DNA of 64,000 bases from an uncultured Candidatus Rokubacteria bacterium (GTDB lineage: Bacteria > Methylomirabilota > Methylomirabilia > Rokubacteriales > CSP1-6), in the NCBI GenBank assembly GCA_963771355.1, contig CAVYTA010000007.1, forward strand, positions 704,001 through 768,000, read 5' to 3'. Below are positions 60,093 through 64,000 of the stretch, one piece after another. Below the pieces are notes generated by a model. The model ran no database searches. It saw nothing but the letters and a program-made list of their open reading frames with translations, and was not told the DNA's origin. How positions within the stretch are numbered: the first letter of the stretch is position 1; each line of letters opens with the position of its first letter. The position numbers and the translations under genes were made by a program.

Positions 60093-61584
60093 CTAATTGT
60101 GGAAGGAACTGCCGAGCGGCGTCAAGCGCCATGTGAGCCAGCCGAGATGGGTGACGGGGTCCCCTGGCGGGTACGGATCGAGGGCGCGGTTGAAGTGGCC
60201 CATCAGCTCCTGTGTGTTCGGTGTGAACCACACCAGCGCCAGCAGAATCACGAGCATGGTCCCGAGGACCGCGAGGGGCTCGGGGTTCCAGCCAAGATCG
60301 ATGGCAATGGGGGCCAGGGCCGCACGCTGCGCGATATCCACATAGTAGGGCGGCGGATCGAGACCGACTCCGTTGAGGCCGCTCATCCCTCTCAGCATGC
60401 TGAGGGCCGCGGCGAAGCTCGTCGCGCGGAAGAAGACCCAGCCCACGACGACGGCGAGGAAGGTGACCAGCCAGGCCACGGCGCCCGAGGAGGGTCGAGC
60501 GCCCCAGGTCGTGGCCGAGGGCGCGCCGCAGCTCGCGCCAGCCATGGTTCACCACAGGTAGACGCCGTGCAGCGCCCCCCAGACAACGAAGGTCCAGCCG
60601 GCGCCGTGCCAGAGGCCGCCGAGCAGCATGGTGGCCATCAGGTTGACGTACCGGCGCGCCCGCCCTTGCGATTGCCGCCCAGCGGCATGTACAGATAGTC
60701 GCGCAGGAAGCGCGACAGCGTCATGTGCCAGCGGCGCCAGAACTCGATGATGTTGTGCGCCTTGTAGGGCGAGTCGAAGTTCAGCGGCAGGCGATGCCGA
60801 ACATGCGGGACGAGGCCGAGCGCCATGTCCGAGTAGCCGGAGAAATCGAAGTAGATCTGGAGCGTGTAGGCCAGCGCGCCGACCCAGGCCTACGAGCAGC
60901 ATCGGCGCGCCGCTGTGCGGCGGCCTCGAACAGCGGTCGTGCGAACGTGGCCAAGCGTGTCGGCGATCACCGCCTTCTTGAACAGGCCGAAGACGAAGAT
61001 CGTGAGGCCGGCCGCGAATTGTCCGCGTTCGAGCCGGTACGTCGCCGGGTCGCTCGAACTGCGGCATCATCTCGCGGTGATGCAGGATCGGGCCCGCGAT
61101 CAGGTGCGGGAAGAAGGTGACGAAGAGCCCGTAGTGGACGAAGCTGTACTCGCGCGCCTCGCCGCGATAGCTCGACCAGGAAGGCGATCTGCGTGAAGGT
61201 GAAGAACGAGATGCCCGAGGGGCAGGAGAGATCGACGCGGGCGCCCATTCCTTGCCCAGCAGGAGCCCCAGGTTCTCGAGCAGGAAGTTCCAGTACTTGT
61301 AGTAGCCGAGCAGGAGCAGGTTGCCGGCGATGGCGAGGATCAGCAGGAACGTCGCGGCTGTGCCCGCGCCGGGCCGGCCGCGTGCGCGATAACCGGCCGC
61401 CGTAGTTGAACAGATGGAAAGAGCAGCAGGGGCACGTAGACCGGATTCCACCAGCCGTAGAAGAAGAGCGAGGCCATCGTCAGCCAGGGGGCGGCGAGAC
61501 GAGGTGGAATCGGCCGAGCGAGAAGAAGCCGGGGAACGCGATCGGCAGGAACAGGAAGACGAACACGAACGAATTGAAGAGCAT
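60093..61584 (-). pseudogene. MBOAT family O-acyltransferase (AlgI-like), many frameshifts, 3' truncated
   Basis: [84 protein letters not shown]. Confidence 0.9.
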
Positions 61585-61860
61585 ATTCAGCCTTGTATGA
61601 CGGGATCCTACTCAGGTGTTGCGTATGAGCGATCAGCCGACGTCGCGCTCGGAGAGCAGGTTGGTTTCATCGAGCAGTAAGGCGAGCTTGCGCCCCGCCG
61701 GGTCGGTGGCGTTGCCGGAGAAGCGGAGGGACAGTGTCCTCTCGCCTTCTTCCCGCCCGGAAGACGATCCGCTCGCGGTGATGCGCAGTCAGGGGGACTC
61801 GCCATGGTTGTCGCGCCGGCGGTGACACGCGGGACTTTGTTGACCGGAGCCGTGCCGACA

Positions 61861-61976
61861 GGAGGATAGGTAGCATGAACGCCTCCGGCGGCGGTGGCCC
61901 CGTCTGTGGGCGCCGTCCCCGTGACATAAGGTGCCAGACCCGAACGCTGGCCGCCCCAGGAGCCGACGGCACAGCG
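61861..61976. repeat. Dispersed repeat, copy B
   Basis: Aligns with 5502-5637, same orientation. Confidence 0.85.
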
Positions 61977-62279
61977 CACATTAGCGGCCTGCTCGCGGGT
62001 CGAACGAGCCGACCCGAGTGAGCGGCATGCTATGCCAGACACACCGCCGCCGTCAACCGGCCACGGACCGGCCGGAGCCGCGGTGATGGCGCCTCGTGGG
62101 GCGTCCGCCGCGCCCCCGAGCAGATCGGATCAGGACTTAGTGGCATGCGGTTTTCGAGGTGGCGGTGCGCGTAAAGCTGCTGAGACATTTGGTGAAAACG
62201 TGGCCGTGACGAAACACGGGATTCAAATTCGAATCTCGAACTTGAACTCGAGGGACCTGTCGCCTGCAAGTGGTTGCTG

Positions 62280-62386
62280 GCCCCCGAAACTAAAAGAACA
62301 CAAGGGGTTAGCGATTACGTCGCTAGCCCCTTCGTGTTTTCTGCTTCCATCTTGCTGTCCGGGAGGGGTTCATAACCCAAAGGTCG
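62280..62386 (+). repeat. att-like scars: degenerate tRNA-fMet 3' end + terminator, then a 17-bp anticodon-arm copy
   Basis: GCCCCCGAAAC..AACACAAGGGGTT..AGCCCCTT mirrors 57897-57947; TCATAACCCAAAGGTCG identical to 57866-57882. Confidence 0.7.
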
Positions 62387-62419
62387 GTCCACCTGAGCCT
62401 AGGAAAATACAAGGTCTCG

Positions 62420-62665
62420 TTGCCACCGAGGACGGTGTCCGGGGTCACGATCAACCAGAGCCTGTCTCCAGAAGAAGCGTAGCGGCCCGGGCCGTCGCGG
62501 CCGGATCACAGTTCGTGCTGCTGGCGGTGCGGCGGGGGCGGCGGGCGCGGTGGTCGGTGGTGGTCGGGTGGACGGCCAGCTGGTTGCGCAAGGCGAGATC
62601 CTCGAGAGCGAGCTGGCGATGGCCGCCGCCCAAGAAGGGGAGTAGCCGAACGAGGGATTGCAGAT
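62420..62665 (-). mobile_element. Remnant of an IS-type integrase-core transposase gene (5' part)
   Basis: LVRLLPFLGGGHRQLALEDLALRNQLAV resembles the LxLENLALRxQLAV N-terminus of such transposases; family not determined. Confidence 0.5.
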
Positions 62666-62689
62666 AGTCGCGAAAGGCGTCAGGATGCC

Positions 62690-64000
62690 GGCAGGTCTTG
62701 AAAGCCTTGTAGTGCTCTTTCCGCCTCATTCGTCCAGAACGGCATTTCCAGGGTTCGGTCAGCCTCGCCGCCTTGACGAGATGCTCCGGGCCTGCTCGCT
62801 TATTCTCATACGGCCGTATCCCTCGCCGATGCCGAGATGGCAGTGGGCTCCCAGGGGAGCCATCCCGAGTTCTGATGCGAGCTCCATGCCTTTGGGTAAT
62901 GTCCTTCGGCCGTCTCGGGATCCTGGCGTGCGAATGGATCTCCCCGAAAAGCCAGTGGGTCCATGCGACAGAGCCCGACTGGTTGTAATCCATGGCGGTC
63001 TGCAGTGCGAGATGAGCGACGCTGGTCGCCCGTTCGAGCTGGCCGGCGTGCAAATAAGCGTCGCTCAAGTGCACGACCCGCATGGTTTGATCGACCATTA
63101 GGTCCATGCCGCCGGCGGCGTCGACGGCCTCTTCAGGATCGCGATCGCGTCGGCTGCGCGCTTACTTAGCGTCTAGGCTCGACCGAGATAACCCGCGACT
63201 GTGACTCGCGCCATGTGAAGAACTCCCCTCTCGGACAACTGAAAGCGCGTTGCAGAGTCGAGATCGCCATGGCGAGATCGCCTTTGCGAAGATGCACGAT
63301 TCCGAGTGCCATGTAGGCATAGATCCGGCTGACGAGGTCGTCGACTCGCTTCCGCGATGCAGACCCCTTCGTTCCCACGCATAGTGGCGGGTCCGAACTC
63401 GCCAAGCTCTGCAAGTGACCACGAAAGCCATGTGCGAGCCGATACGGATGGCAAATTGGCCATTCCCAGGAAATTCGTGCGATCGGCATCGGTCGCGTCG
63501 ACGACCCAGTTCAGCAGCTCGATCGCCTGCGGTAATCGCCCCTCGCATGTCGCGCGCGGCCTGCGAACGAGTTTGCCAGTACCTCGGCCGGCGTCTCGCC
63601 AACCGGCTGCGCCGTAACCGAAGCCTGTTCGGCGGCGCCGATGGCGCGATCCTGTTGGCCGATCGACCAGAAGTAGAGGGCCTTGAATGTAAAGACGCGC
63701 GCCAGGCGAGCCTGGTCGTTCAGTGTGGTGGCGATCGCTTCCGCTTCGTGCAGCAACTCGAAACTGCGCTGAAACTCGCCAAGCGGGACAGCGAAGTCCG
63801 CAAACTGAAACGCAGATCGATCGCCTGCTGCATGACCGCGCCGCTTTGTGGCAGACGGTCGATCGCCGCCAGCGCCTCCGTAAACCTCGCGACGGCTTCG
63901 CGATGGGCGGACTTCGCCGCCGCCTTCGCGCCGGCCTGATAACAATATGAAACGGCTTTGTCCCACATCTCGCCGCGCAGGGCGTGATGCGACAGGCGTT
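62690..64000 (-). pseudogene. C-terminal TPR part of a cyclase/AAA-ATPase-TPR protein, frameshifted; 5' end outside the window
   Basis: RLSHHALRGEMWDKAVSYCYQAG..SAHREAV..FTEAL..QAIDLRF.LR..LGEF..EAEAIA..LNDQARL. Confidence 0.8.

Noticed and set aside
61620..61810. Possible short minus-strand gene (..RTLSLRFSGNATDPAGRKLALLLDETNLLSERDVG)
   Set aside because: Needs frameshifts to reach a start and has no recognisable family

Overview
High-GC bacterial DNA. The gene families present (arrays of orphan ABC_sub_bind proteins, cyclase-AAA-TPR proteins) suggest Candidatus Rokubacteria/Methylomirabilota, which is an inference. The window has three zones. (1) About 1-15.9 kb is an accessory patchwork: a cyclase-AAA gene, two AhpD-like paralogs, a broken serine recombinase, a broken omptin-like beta-barrel gene, and four orphan ABC substrate-binding genes. 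It also carries repeated copies of a ~60-aa Zn-ribbon ORF and a dispersed repeat. (2) About 16-57.9 kb is intact metabolic and housekeeping DNA: oxidoreductases, transporters, and an operon of an NHLP-like peptide, a cNMP-binding protein, an RRE-M50 pseudoprotease and a TIGR04282-type transferase. It continues with a DAHP synthase preceded by a Trp/Tyr/Phe-rich leader-peptide attenuator, then tRNA-Val, thrS-infC-rpmI-rplT-pheST-zapBA-6S RNA-rny-ymdB-folD-xseAB-ispA-eno-ftsB, and tRNA-fMet. (3) About 57.9-64 kb is a decayed island behind tRNA-fMet, with a tyrosine-integrase remnant, att-like tRNA fragments, pcm, a frameshifted MBOAT gene and a candidate structured RNA. All calls come from reading motifs by eye; no database searches or folding programs were run.
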